The position numbers and the translations under genes were made by a program. From positions 17,484,001-17,548,000 of the forward strand of contig NC_135252.1 in NCBI RefSeq assembly GCF_964204865.1: 64,000 nt of DNA, written 5' to 3'. This document shows, one piece after another, positions 23,966 to 37,540 of the stretch. Within the stretch, counting starts at the first letter, position 1, and each line of letters starts with the position of its first letter. The notes beneath the pieces were generated by a model. The model was not told the origin of the DNA. It searched no databases and was given only the letters and a program-made list of their open reading frames with translations. This stretch comes from Styela clava (Eukaryota).

Positions 23966-25152
23966 CAGGGATCTCAAACTCGCGGCCCCAGAGAACTTCC
24001 AGTGCGGCCCTCGAACGCTTAACAATAATTGTAATAGTATTTTGGAAGTTTTTTTTTTATCTAAATGTAATAGATTTTTCAAACCTTCTAAAGTGAAATT
24101 GATTATTCACACAGAAAACAATTTACTGAAAGTAGTTTTGGAATATTAATTTTTTTTGTCCACATTTTGACCCAATTAAGAATACACATCAAGCTAGCAA
24201 AAGAATACTTGAATAAAACACTTGAGTAATTAAATTAAACGCAAAGTACACGAAGAAGGTGGCATTTTCGAAGAAAATGGGAGTTGTAACATTTCTGCTC
24301 TTCACAAAATTCTGAAGCACATTGTTTAATTTGTCATATTTCCATCAATACAATCAAAAAACACAATAAGCTCAGCAGTCAATATGACAAATTCGAAGAC
24401 CAACTTCGAACAGAAAATTTCCATGTGTTTGTATATTAATATAATTATACAACGACTTAGTTACTAAAAATCAATATCAATAATAATTCAAGCAATCCTA
24501 TGCCACGCAATGTAGTGCGAAATGTCTTGTCGAAAAAATCTGTCATTTGTTTTTTTACTGATCTATACTTGAAATGATAAAAGTAACTTTTTTGCATTAC
24601 TGGAATTAATTAAACATTCGTAAAGATCCAGATAAACCCATGATCATGTGGCCTCGTTAGTTAGAGTTGGTACTATAAAATCATTTCAGACTGGCCTTAG
24701 TATGCTGGTGACACAAAAAAGATGCCAAACGCCAGGACGAATGTAATTATTAAAACATTGAGTTTATACTGTAGTATTTTTGTTAATTTTAGGTTCATAT
24801 ATTTAGATTAAGTTATTTTTAGTGTAAGTATTATTCTTTCCTTATTCAAAGCTTGTTCAAAAATGATTTTGATGGTTGTACATAGAATTTTACGATTTTT
24901 TATAATAAATACTGTAACTTGCAAATGTTGCAATAATAGTGGAATGCAAATATTAATATGTAATTGCATTTGAAATTGAAGAAAATAATAAAACTTAATC
25001 CAACTGTTTAGTTGCATCACAATATATGTCACAAACTAAAACTATCTTAAAAATATCTTTTAAGTATACATTATCAAAAACTGTTTGCGGCTCTTTTTAC
25101 AATTTTCAAAATGCAATGCGGCTCTCGAAAACCCATGAGTTTGACACCACTG
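23966..25152 (+). mobile_element. hAT Charlie/SPIN-like internal deletion derivative
   Basis: Ends CAGGGATCTCAAACT / AGTTTGACACCACTG with GCGGCC/GCGGCT subterminal motifs. Left flank is ATCTAGAC. A decayed transposase N-terminus KRKVHEEGGIFEE/WEL*HF...AHCLIC lies at ~24237-24337. Confidence 0.72.
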
Positions 25153-26581
25153 ATTTATTTTCGACGATTCAAGCATTGCTTTGGGAAATTATATCACTTC
25201 AATTAAATTGAAATAATCTCGCTATATTATATACAAAATCGTTGCTATCATAAAGGTAAACCAATTCAGCCACTCGAAATATATTGGCCTTCACAAAGCA
25301 ATGGAGGCAAAATTGAGAGTTCATGAGCTATGAACATTTGTTCTTTTCTTTGTCTTGAACTTTCCATACTCCACAGCCCCTAATAATTTTTTTAATTTTA
25401 ATTACCATGTGATAGTCATACATATCTTTAACTTGTATTTTCTGTCATGATGTATTATCTCAATGTGCCAAACTATTAATTTGTGTGCATATTTTGCTTC
25501 CAGATGACATAAATGTATTGTCATGTTTATTACCTCAGCTTGGAGTATTGACAAGAAAAAGGTGCCAGTAAATTAGGTAAAAAAATTTTCAACTCATTGT
25601 TATAATCAGAATTCACAATCAATAGGAATTATAAACAGCCAACAATCAGTGAGAATTATATGCGAAATCCCTCAGAATAAATTTGTCTAAAATCGGAGGA
25701 AGGCAAAAAATATAGGTAGTTTCCATTCACACAAGCATTTCAAGAAGACTTGCTCGAGCCAAACTAAATGAGCATCGTCAGGTGATCGGTAAGGCTGCAA
25801 GTTGAATTCAGCCCTGCAACCTCCTGCATAGAAGATAATTTTAATTAGTGGGCTATGAGCTAAATTCCTAAATTTAAACAAACCTATCTACGATGCATTA
25901 TGTACCAGCAATGTTACCTACGATTAACTGAATATCTAATATGTCTAATAAATTCACCTACAAAAGCAAGTTCGATAGGTGCAAACTTTGTGTTATGGAA
26001 TTGTATCGCAGCACAGTTTTGTATGACACCCTCTTTAAATGAAATTTCAATGATTAAGCGCAAACATTAAAATTACTAACTTTGAACTTTGTCATTATCT
26101 GCAAAATGTTCCACACAAATCTTTCCGCTATCGCGTTTGTAATCTTCTCTGATAAAAAAAAAACGTCTATGATGTCCAGAATTGCTCTTTACAGCTTGCC
26201 TGTTATTCCAGCTTTCCAAGTAAGCAAAACTTCTTAGATATAGAGATTATTTTGTTTCGTTACAGGCGCAAAAAGGCAGGTACTACACGTAAAAAAGACG
26301 CCGAGTAGCAAAAGCGAGCGGAAAACGGAAGCGAAAGGCGACGAGAAATATGTGCATTGGAGCGTATCATGAAATACAATGTTTTGCCTGTAGTCTTATG
26401 GAGTGACGTCAGAGTTGCCTATCATGTTGTTTAATGTCATTGCTTCCAGTTACACACTGAAGTTCAATTTTCTTACCATAAAAGGTTAAATTATTTATGA
26501 CTACCGGTACTACCGTTGCATGCATACCATACTACTGGTAGGCTTCCTGTTCGTGAAACTTCATTTTTACCATTGATACCT

Positions 26582-26983
26582 AAACGAGAATATCGATTGG
26601 AAACCGAAGACTTATCGATCGATAGTTAGGGGATCCCCCAAAACAGAAACTGCAGTTTCGATTCATCCGCTCTTGTAACTTGCGCACTGCGCATCGCACA
26701 CACACACTCGGCGGGTTTCAAAATTCTCTCGCTTTACAAAAATCTAGATCACTATATCAATAATTGATTGATAACTCGCTAATTATACGACATAATTCGC
26801 CCAAAATCAATAGGCTACTGGTCCGAGATAAGATGAATGCACATGCAAAATCTGGAGCAGATTCAATCTCGCTTTCGTGAGATATCGCGTGCATCTAACA
26901 GACAGACATACGTACAGACAGACATACATACATACAGACAAATACCTATCAATATACTTACCGATCTTAAGATCGATAAGTAA
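26582..26983 (-). mobile_element. Helentron-associated non-autonomous element (DINE-1/HINE architecture)
   Basis: Subterminal inverted repeats ACTTATCGATC (26610-26620) and GATCGATAAGT (26971-26981). End hairpin acttaccgatc-ttaa-gatcgataagt, adjacent (GACA/CATA)n microsatellite, and a small hairpin at the other end. Confidence 0.7.
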
Positions 26984-27239
26984 CAACTGTAGCCCTGCAC
27001 CACGACCACAGTCACTTCACAATGGTACCATTGTTACTTTCCCTAAAAGCAGCTATCGTCATGGCTACTTAGATAATTGGTGCACGGAGTCGTTTCTTGT
27101 TTTGTTGTTGTTGAAACGCGAGATTACTGGGCATACCTGGTTGGAAAGCCTTGACGTATTTATATTTATTTTCAAATTAACGTATATATGATACTGTATA
27201 TACACAGTTCGACTTTTTTTGTTATTATTTCCCTGTTAG

Positions 27240-27385
27240 ACTTGCTTATAGGTGCCGCTGCTCGATAACCAAATTTGGTTTCTCGCGGCTCCCCTCACCC
27301 TGAAATGCCTTTTATTTATTTATTGCAATTTGTATATCAAGTGTGCATTTAGTATGGTGAGAAAATAAACTACTGATTACTGATC
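27240..27385 (+). mobile_element. Isolated LINE-like 3' tail (second family)
   Basis: gctgctcgataacc...ggtttctcgcggctcccc stem motif, T-rich stretch, AATAAA, then short tandem tail tactgat-tactgat. Confidence 0.45.
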
Positions 27386-30300
27386 TAGGGAAATAAATTT
27401 GGGTCATTGCTTGCGCGTTCAAAGCGTCCGATGGCGACCAGTTTCAATATTTCATCGTTTTAAGAAGGTGGTTAGAAACCGGAAGAACCTTCTTTTTAAA
27501 ACAATCATATAAGTTATGCAATATATGAATGTGAAAAAATCGTATAGCATTTACTAATATATGCTACTATTCGTTCCTCAGTACTGATTCGTTTATCTAA
27601 ATTCCGAACGTTTTGCGCTCTCTACATTAGATTCTAATTTTACAGATTAATATATATTCATAAGTTATATAAAATTTACAAAACTTTAAAATCATTTGTT
27701 TGCTGCTATCAATATTCGATCATTAAATAGCCGTCTGTCCGATTTCTTGAGATGACATTAACTTAATAATATGAATTCTGAATCAATATGTAATAATGAG
27801 ACATTTTGACGTTTTTGCAAAATTATTTGCAATTCCAACCTATGCTCCAGTTTGTTTCTGAACAAACCATTGTTATTACAAAAATAATCGGGTGGCAAAT
27901 TGCAAAAGTTTTCGCATTGTAAAAAAAATTATCAAGAAAACCAAAATTAAAACCTTATTTTAGAATATTCAACTGTGTTATATTTTGCCTTTAATGTTAT
28001 GTGATTGTATTTGTGGCCGCAGAAATAGTTAGCTAATACAAGAATGTCAAATTTTGCTTCAAGTTGTCGCCAAGGAAGTCACCCTCTGGCGACCCTAGTC
28101 GAAATTTAAAATCATTTCAATAGTCAGATCTTGCGATGAAATTATTAAACATTTTATTTTGATTACCAATCCATAAATAAAATTTAATAAACAATATGGT
28201 AATGAATGAGCCATTTTTTTGTAAGAAGTGCTTTGAGGTATGTCTTAACAAAGTCGGGCGATTGTACAGTTGCTCAACAACTATTTCTGCTCACCCGTTT
28301 CTGAAAATGCTATTCGGAGAAATAATTATAAAGATATGATCTCAAAAATCAGGCAAAAAAATGCTGCCAAGGACGATTTGCCAAATAGAGCGTTTTCATA
28401 TTGAAATAAACAATTCTAAATAAACTATGTAACAACATAGTTTTGCACATGATGCATTTAACCGAGAAGGAGACTCGAGGTAGAATTTGTTCCAGAAAAC
28501 GTATTGGTCACGTGATCCCTATACTCGCTGATCCAGTAACGTCTATCAAAATCAATAGACTCTCAATTTTAACTTACCGGTAATTATTAATGGAACATTT
28601 AGCTACACAACGATCGTTTTTCATAGTTTTTTTGGATATACTTGTCTCGTTTTTGATTGAGTTGAGCCTCGATAATTTCTTTTCTATATTTTAAAAGCAA
28701 TAAAACTCAATGAGTGAAATACATTTGATTGGTAAACATAAATAGAAAATGATATGCTGGAATTTTTTTCTTGAGTAGATTTGGATTGATCTATATTATA
28801 AATTTTACATTTTACACAATTAAGATTTTTTAATTCCAAACAATTTCAAAATTTGATATTACGTTAAGTTTAATATCATTGCAATGATTGCCTATTAGGG
28901 AAAATTCACCAAAGAACAGTATCTCCAAGATATTTTTCAAACGTATATAGAAGCATAATTGATAAAACATTTTTATACAAAGTAAAATCGCAGACACTGT
29001 TTTCAATAATTTGCACATATTTCAGAAACACAGATAAGGTTTCGTTTCCCGTTTATAGCGGAAAAGGATTTTATCTAAGATTTTTTTTCATTTCCTTCGA
29101 CTATTGTCTGCAATAAAATATGAACTATAAAATTTACCAATATGCCAATAAGACATAATTTTACGATAAGACATTCGACCCATGATTCAGTCTGGGTATA
29201 GTTTGTTGGATGCGTTTTGCAAATTTTTTACTGTAATATAGATGCATTGAAGTTAATTGTATTTGACGATGATTGTACATTTAGTTAGTATAAATTTATA
29301 AAAAAGCAAGGCATATGTATACCCGAAATGTAAATTTATCATTGAACAGATTGACTCTGCCGACGCTAGACACAATTTATAATAGTACATTTCAAGTGAA
29401 TAGCTATTAACCGTAAAAATTCCAATAAATTTTCCTGTTTTTGTCATTGTGCACTGACGATTGTGCAACAATTTTATTAACAATATTTTACGAACACAGT
29501 ATCTTAATTCTGATCTAATGCGGTTGGCGCGTTCAGCTACAAAAATAAACGATAATAACGTGTCCTTTAAAAAAAGAAAGTTCAGGCGCCAATATAGGTT
29601 CAACAAAATGGACTCTGAGAAATTGAGATTCTATTTCGATGGATAAATAACAGCGGAGCATAGCTGAACTTTCCCCTTATTTTTGAAATTCCCAGCGATA
29701 AATTTGTATGACGTAAACAATAGAAAATCTTTTACACAATTCCAATCTTCAAGAGATAGAGATATTTTACATTTTCATAAATAAAAAAATAGTATATATA
29801 AGGCAAAATTCGATTATCAGCCAACTGTTTTGAAACAATAATTTTGTTAATTCATTGAGAAAAATATTGTTGTCGAATCTATGCCAACGTCTTCGCAAAA
29901 CATCTAAATTTAGCTATTTCAACCAGCCATGAAATTCCATAAGTATTCTAGGCCCTCATGTGACATTACGTATCGTGGCCAAACGCGGGGATATCTATGT
30001 TTTGGTAACTGGGTTTACTATGGGAGAAAATAAAGCTACTTCATATGTCTGGAAGTTTTGAATTACCATCAATCATTTGACACGTCTTATAACTCGCCAT
30101 TATTTGGAAACCATGACAGATCATACTTTCTGTTTTTTTTTGGTGTTGTTTTGAAAAGGTTTTCCCAATGAAAAGAAAATATCTCTAAGCCACACCTCGT
30201 GATATAACAAAGGAAAAGACAAAGTTCAATGTATTATATAGGCAATTCTAATAAATGTGGTCACACTTCAAGGAAAATTTAGAATCTATCGTGACTGAGA

Positions 30301-33300
30301 GATGTATAATCAGTCATATGTGGTCCTTAATTATCGTTTATTTGCCATTGAGCGAATTTCAGAAAGAAAGTGAAGTCACATAATTAAATGTATTCTGAAA
30401 ACACTCCTACTTTACGTGACAATTACCGTTGTTATCTGGAAACCAAAGCAAAGAAAATTATTGTAACGGTGTGCTTAAATTTGCCTTGCGAACGAGGTAG
30501 CGCTGAACGAAATATTCGAAAGCTGTACCAGGGAACAATTTTATTGTTCGATGAACCTTTTCCCTACATTTCACAATGAATGACATTCTAGAATTTAAAT
30601 CTTTTATGTACATACATGACTTACTAAAAGTACAAAGCAACGCGCGACGAAAAAAAATGAGTACATCTGAGATTTAACATCCAAATATGATTATGTACAT
30701 AATTAAAAAAATATAGAATAATAGGGATTTAACACAATCTTAAAAAGGAGTAAAAATGAATGCTTTTTTAGCTTTTATTTTTTTCCTTCAAAATGAAACA
30801 GAAAATGAAAGAAAAGTCTCCTAAATCTTCAGTTTTTCAGCCCACTTTACCGACAGATTTCAAATTGGACAATGTCGAATAACGTTAGATAATATGCCGT
30901 TATAAAAGTATAAGGTTGGATGCTGAATTAAATTTATATTAGTTTACTCAAATCATGATTTTCACCCTTCGTGTAAAGAAAGATGTTCACGAGTCATGGA
31001 TTTCAAAAGCGTGACTTTCCTACGTGATCAAACAATTGTGGGACGTAAACGGGCCAGAGAGAGCCAAATGGTTAAATGTCCATAAGAAATATTAGGAAAT
31101 TTATATATTTCTGTTTTATCCTAAAATATTTGCCCAGCTTGGTCAATTCTGAAATACTTGTAATGATAATGTTATAAACGCTGAGAGTGCGAAATTGAGA
31201 ATGAATTTTCTGGGACTGTAAAAATGAATCTCAATGAATCTCTGGTTGTTTTGAACCGAACCGCTTTAGGACCGAATTATCAACTTCAAATTACGCTTTG
31301 AAATCAATTGAATTTGGTAAAGTCGGATAAAATCGATTTTTGTCAGACTAAGCCCAACCCACTCACCTGTCATATTTGGCTTGTGTCGAACGGAAAATAG
31401 ACTTGGTATGCTTAGCATAGGTCTCACCCAAAATTATTTATTCACCATTGTACGAGTGAATATGTGGATTAGGTATATTCTTTTTCCCGAGTCGAAGTAA
31501 AGAATTTTGATTCACCTTGTTTTTATCAGTATTTTTTGGAAATAACAAACGTGCAGTAAAAACGTCGTAAGCTGACGGAATCCCTAAACTGAAATGTAAC
31601 ATCAAAAATCAAACTGGCATTGATGGAACGTTTGGTTGATTTGCGTGCAATTTTACCGAACTGCTGATTCACGATTTTTAAAATATATGACTAGTGATAA
31701 ATTACGTATCAATTAACATATAATGTGATACAGCGCGGTTTCATGGTGGAATTATAAGTCAAAAGTCAATTTTATTCTTCAATTCTTGGAATAAGTAATT
31801 GAATGGCATTGAAATATACGCGGTCACCAGATTTTAGAATTACATTTTTAGTCGGTGAATATATTTGGAAATTGCAATATACATGCTGTTATGATACACA
31901 ATTTATATACCGTGAACAGAGAGGAAGCAGAAATACAAAAATGATAAATTGCGATGTTTTCTTATGCTACCGCGGAATGTAAATGTAACAAAAACTGACT
32001 TCACACTTCGTGAGGTAAAATACAATAACAACAAAAAATTGCAAATATTGTCCTCGTGACATCTTCTTTGTACTATAATGTTACAATGATATGTAAATGC
32101 TGAAGAATGGGTTGTAATACCTATTGCCTGATATTAAATTTCAAGTTTATTGTCACCCTTACGACGTAAAAAAGGTTGTTCTAAAAATGAACCAAGTATT
32201 TAATTACAATAATAAACTTAATGGCCTCAATGCCCAACACGTGCAATGTCAAGTGTGAAAAGAAACATGTTTGACATTTCTAATCATATGTTATGCAGTT
32301 TAAGACCTAATTTTAACCTTCGTCACCCTTTTTGTATGTCATATTTACGCTATCAATTTAGAATTTGCTAAAAATAATTTTTTATTGTATTAAAGGCTTC
32401 CTCGTGCATTAATTATTGCCGTGCCAAGATAAATGGGGTAAAGGTAGCCGTGCAGAATGGCGTAATTTTGTTAAAGAGATGAACGGTTGAAATCGGCGAG
32501 AAAATTCATAATGTTCGATCGTAATGGCTGAATTTTGTTGACACACGCGCATTATTATATTTATCGTTTTAATTCCGAAAGGGATTAAAAGCCATAGGTA
32601 AACAAACCTATTTCCATTTATGATTTTATTAAAAACCACATTCATACTTGTATGTTTAAAACTGTATAGAATGAGCTAACTTTCCCAAGGAACGTTAACG
32701 AATACGCATTTCGCCAAAAACCGATTATTAAAAATATTGCAAGAAATATAACTTGCAATTGCTAATTACGCAAAACAAATCACTTCATTTTTTTAAGTTT
32801 ATGAGTTCATTGAATTGTCATTAAATATCTGTCATTTTCTGTGTTCTGATTCCAGAACAAATTACGATAAGAATACAATATTTGTTTACTTATTTGCATA
32901 AGTTATATATAAGATAAACATCCATACTTACGCAAATTGGATCCTTTATTTGAGAATACATAACTCTTTACAACTTTCGCAATTGCTGACAAACAAATTT
33001 TGTGTTCAAAGAATCGCTTTCGGTACAAACATTGTAAACTTAATTCTTAGGATTTCAGTTTTTAGCAATTACTGTTATTCGCCAGTATACAAATTGAGAT
33101 ATTCATGATGCACGCATACCACCAACAATGAGAATGAAGAGAACTTGAGTATATAAAATATGGCGACAACAATTGAACATCAAATTTATGTAGATTTCAA
33201 ATCATTTTCCAACCGTATTTATTTTAGTATTTTCCAGTAACAAACTAGATATAATTTAAATATGAAACCAACCTTATTGTTTTTTTTTTCAAAGAGTTCC

Positions 33301-34603
33301 GTTTTGGTCAAAATGAGTAACACACTGCCATGCTTATAAAATTCTAATATGCTAAAATATAAGTCAAGGCCAATTGAGCTAATGAAGACGGAATAGATAT
33401 ACCGTTATTTTGAGACGAAGATTCAAAATTCATAAATTTTTAGCAGAAATATTCTGTTTCAGCAATAAAATCATTATAGAATGGGAGAAAAAGTAATTGC
33501 AGAAAATTTTTATATCGACTCAGTCTATACATTCACATCTTCACTTCAAGCGATAAACGTTCAAATGTTTCCAATGGCCCCATATCTTGTCTGTGCCACA
33601 CCGGTTAGGAGAAAGAATGTCTATTTGAAATTTTGAACACAATTTTAACAGTATTCGCGATGTTTATTTGACACCTAGTAATCTATAATCGAACGAGTAG
33701 ATTAATCCTAACCCTGTGTTTTCAGTATGTGTATTTAGAATTCTGGGTAATTCTGTTTGTTTCAACTTTTCTAACTCCTCGCTTGAACATTACTTTGAAT
33801 CGTCCAGTTATTTCGTTGTCTGGCTATTTGCAAATTAAATAGAATAAACAGAATATTTTGTCGAATAGGCATGTTTTTTATGTTCTCTAATGAAATATGG
33901 GTAGGCTGGAGGTATGGTGGTATTACACAATGTGAAAAATATGTCGCTATAAAACCTTTAATCAATTAAGTATAAGTCTATAGTAAATACTGTTATGTTA
34001 TGCTAATTCTCAATTCTGCGGATAACGAGAAGATCCATTGAAAATTGCATCAATCGTATAGTTTATTACAGTTTTATTTACAGTGATTTATAATAAATAC
34101 AAGAATTCTTTATATTTTTAAATACGATTTGAAATTTCCCCCTTTCTGAGTTTATATTTCGGATTCATAGTAACGAATAAGTTTACTTGGAATTGTAAAA
34201 TGAAAATACATTTCACCGAACAAATAAATTTTGAATTTATAACAAAAATTTAATAATACGTAAATAATATTGACAGTGCGAATGGATATTATTTTTTAGG
34301 ACATATGACTAAGCAAAGTTGTATTGTTATGGGCAATAGGTTTGTAATTAAAAAAGGTCATAAAATTAAACAGATTTGCAAGGTAACACTTTTAAATACC
34401 AAACTATCAACTGACTATTATTAATTATTGACAAGAGATTGTGTGATTTGGAAAAAAGCACCTGATCAAAATATAACAAATTATCTAAATTCATTCATTC
34501 AAGCATTGCCGTGTTTTAATAATTAAAATCTACAAGAATAGGTGATTCGTCTTGGCAATTGAAGATTGCATAATTATATATGTTTGTTTGACAAAGTTTT
34601 ACA

Positions 34604-34713
34604 GGTACTCCTGAAGTATGCGCACCAAGATGTCGCATAACCTGAACCCTAACCTGGTACACAACCTGAGTTCAGGTTGTGTGCCATCTTGGTGCGAATA
34701 CTTCAGGAGGTCC
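34604..34713. mobile_element. Palindromic MITE, short form (Merlin-like)
   Basis: GGTACTCCTGAAGTATGCGCACCAAGATG...CATCTTGGTGCGAATACTTCAGGAGGTCC; degenerate TSD gttttaca/gttataga. Confidence 0.85.
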
Positions 34714-35280
34714 GTTATAGAAATTTATTTGTGATAATTCTGAGCAAAATTTCATTATCACTTATATTTTTCCACCAATAATCACCAAATTATACTGGAT
34801 TACTCATACAACGGCTTTCTTACGGCTTAAATCAGGGGATTTTGGGGCTGAAATGTTGTTAAACCACTGCTCAAAAGCATGTATGTGTAGACGGAATCCA
34901 TCCGATGTAAGTGCTACCGTCAATGTTATAGATTTAAAAAAACTTTTAGTCGATTTTTGATGTGATTAAAAATAAAAATTGTTGTTTATTGGGAGATTCG
35001 GGCTTTTCTTTTGGGTGGAAGTGTCAGGTTAATTTTGATACTTGAAGCGTCACATCGTCCATCAACGTTGTTTTAATATTAACAACACATTCTGGAAAAC
35101 GGATTACTCGTTTGACTGTTTATCTTCGACAAATAAAAAAAACGTTGACAGGTAGTAAAATGTAATTCGACTGCCTAACATTTGAGAGCAAACTGATATT
35201 TACCCAATGTATGATGTAACTCGTTATGTATTAGAAAGTAAACATGAACCTACCTAATAGAAAATTATAAAACTCCAACT

Positions 35281-36375
35281 GTAGGATTGATTCGGATTAT
35301 TTAAAAACTACTGAAGGCGCTTAAATTGAAATCAAGTAAGAAAAGATTACTTACGTTATATTGTTAAAAACGGTCACAAATATAAGTTTATCACATGTAA
35401 GATATTTATCTCTATGTGTCGGAACAATTCATATCAATGTATGGTAATATTTCATGTTTCCATTCGGATTCAAAATTGTCATTTGAAAAAAGAAATGCAA
35501 ATCTTTAAAAATATATTCCGATTGTCATAGTGACTGCCCTTATGTGTTGTGCCTGTAATATTGTATGTAAATAATGTGTCAGAGCTCACAGATGAGACTC
35601 ATATTAACACAAAGCTTAAAACAAAATTTGGCAATGTGCCAAAAGTTCTAACTCCTGCCAGTGTATACATAACTGAATGCATACGCATAGTTAGTTTTAG
35701 TCAATAAACAAAGTAGAGTCAACTTTTGAGCTGAAATTGCAAAATATGGAAGGGTCAATAACTGTAACTCAACTTTCGGACCTCCTGAAGTATGCACGCC
35801 AAGATGACGCACAACCTGAACTCAACTGAACTCAGGCTGTGCGACAACTTGGTGCGCATACTTCAGGAGTATCCAACTTTCGCACAAGTAAAATGTGCTC
35901 TATCGTCTGCAATCGCAAAACATGCCAAGTTTCTTTTTGTTCATCAATATTAATCAGTGTTTTCTTGCAACTTCACTTGACACACCCAGTTTCTTGGGTT
36001 GAATAAAGTTGTATAATGGAAAAGGCATTTCTGTAGATCTAATGAAGATTTGGAAACCTTTTTTAGTAAGGTGGTGTTCAAGAAAAGCAGCATGATCAAA
36101 TAGTGATAGCAAATGTATTCACCAAACAACATTAAACTGCAATAATATGCCGATATAAATTATGAAAATTTATCGCAGTAGGTGAGCGATTTTGTAATTT
36201 TAGTAGGAGTAAGAATTAAATCTAATGACGTAGCAAGCAAGAAACCCCCAAATAAAATTAACAAACAAACTCCTACGCAAGTTTCTCTCTAAACGTTCAC
36301 AGAAAGCAAATTTCAATTCAATTGTTGATAAAATGTCTGGCTGTTGTGATTCTCATGCTGTTGCGCAACTTCAAG
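35281..36375 (+). repeat. Left arm of a ~1.1-kb diverged inverted duplication
   Basis: Collinear reverse-complement matches to 37541-38445, e.g. ttacgttatattgttaaaaacggtcacaaatataagttta, gtaaaatgtgctctatcgtctgcaa and acaaacaaactcctacgcaagtttct. Confidence 0.85.
35778..35873. mobile_element. Palindromic MITE, short form
   Basis: Perfect 8-bp TSD caactttc. The empty site is present in the paralogous arm at ~38021-38030. Confidence 0.9.
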
Positions 36376-36485
36376 GTAGTTTAAAAGCTCTCTCAATATT
36401 AAAACTATTCTTCTGTGAAAGGAATGCTATTATTTGGCATTTTGTGAATTTACAGTTATATAAAATCAAATAGAACAAAATTTTG

Positions 36486-36596
36486 GGATCGCCTGAAGTA
36501 TGTGCACCAAGATGGCGCACAACCTGAACATAGTACGTGTGTACCGGTTAGGATTCAGGTTGTACAACATCTTGGTGCGCATACTTCTGGAGCACC
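36486..36596. mobile_element. Palindromic MITE, short form
   Basis: TIRs GGATCGCCTGAAG / CTTCTGGAGCACC; perfect TSD aaattttg. Confidence 0.9.
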
Positions 36597-37540
36597 AAAT
36601 TTTGGGCTATTTATTTTCTATTATAAAAGTAAATAATAGAACTAATAAACTTACATTTTGATTCGAATATTTATACATTTGATCCAGAAAGTCATAAAGT
36701 TTACTGGATAATGAATAATTTACAAACGTCATCTTTCGTCAGATTTGCTTCGAAGTTTAAAGGATTCTATCTATCCTATCCACGGTATTGTGACCAATCC
36801 AATTCTACTCAAGAAAAAAATTCCAACGCAGCATATCATTTTCTATTTATGTTTTCCAATCAAATGTACTTCACTCATTGAGTTTTATTGCTTTGTAAAC
36901 ATTAAAAACTGTAGCTCAAATTTGCTATATGTGCTTTCCTAAAAATTATTCAGTGGTATACCAATATTAGAGGTAGGCGTTGTGAACTTGTTTTGCGGGA
37001 TAACGATAGAAAAATATACGTCGGAGAAGACATTGCGAATGTTACAACGAAATCTTTAATGAAAGTCATATATTAAATGGTAATGTAAGATTGCATAATT
37101 GTTTATATCACTCATGTAAATCTAATCATATTTATAGATCTAATGCATATAACCAAAAATTTTGTTCGCTTGGGTATTCCGTTATTACGCGTGATTCCAG
37201 AATAACCGTTTTGCCATCATTGCCGAGACAGTGAATAAATTAATCTCTTAGTTAGAGCGTTAAATGGTTGTTTTTAACTCTTTAATCATTGATATTTTCA
37301 CTTACTTATTCACTTTCAAGAAATAAATCCCTAAATTTGACAAGAGATGACGTTTGCAAATCATACGATATTTAGAAGACTAATGATACTGAACAAATAT
37401 TTTAACTAAAATTCAATTTTTTTTCTTTTATATATTTATATTTACAAATTTCACAAAATTTCGTTTTAATTAATTTTATATAACTGCTAATTCTCATAGA
37501 GGTGAATATTATCATTCTCTTTTTAAAAGAATAGTTCCAA

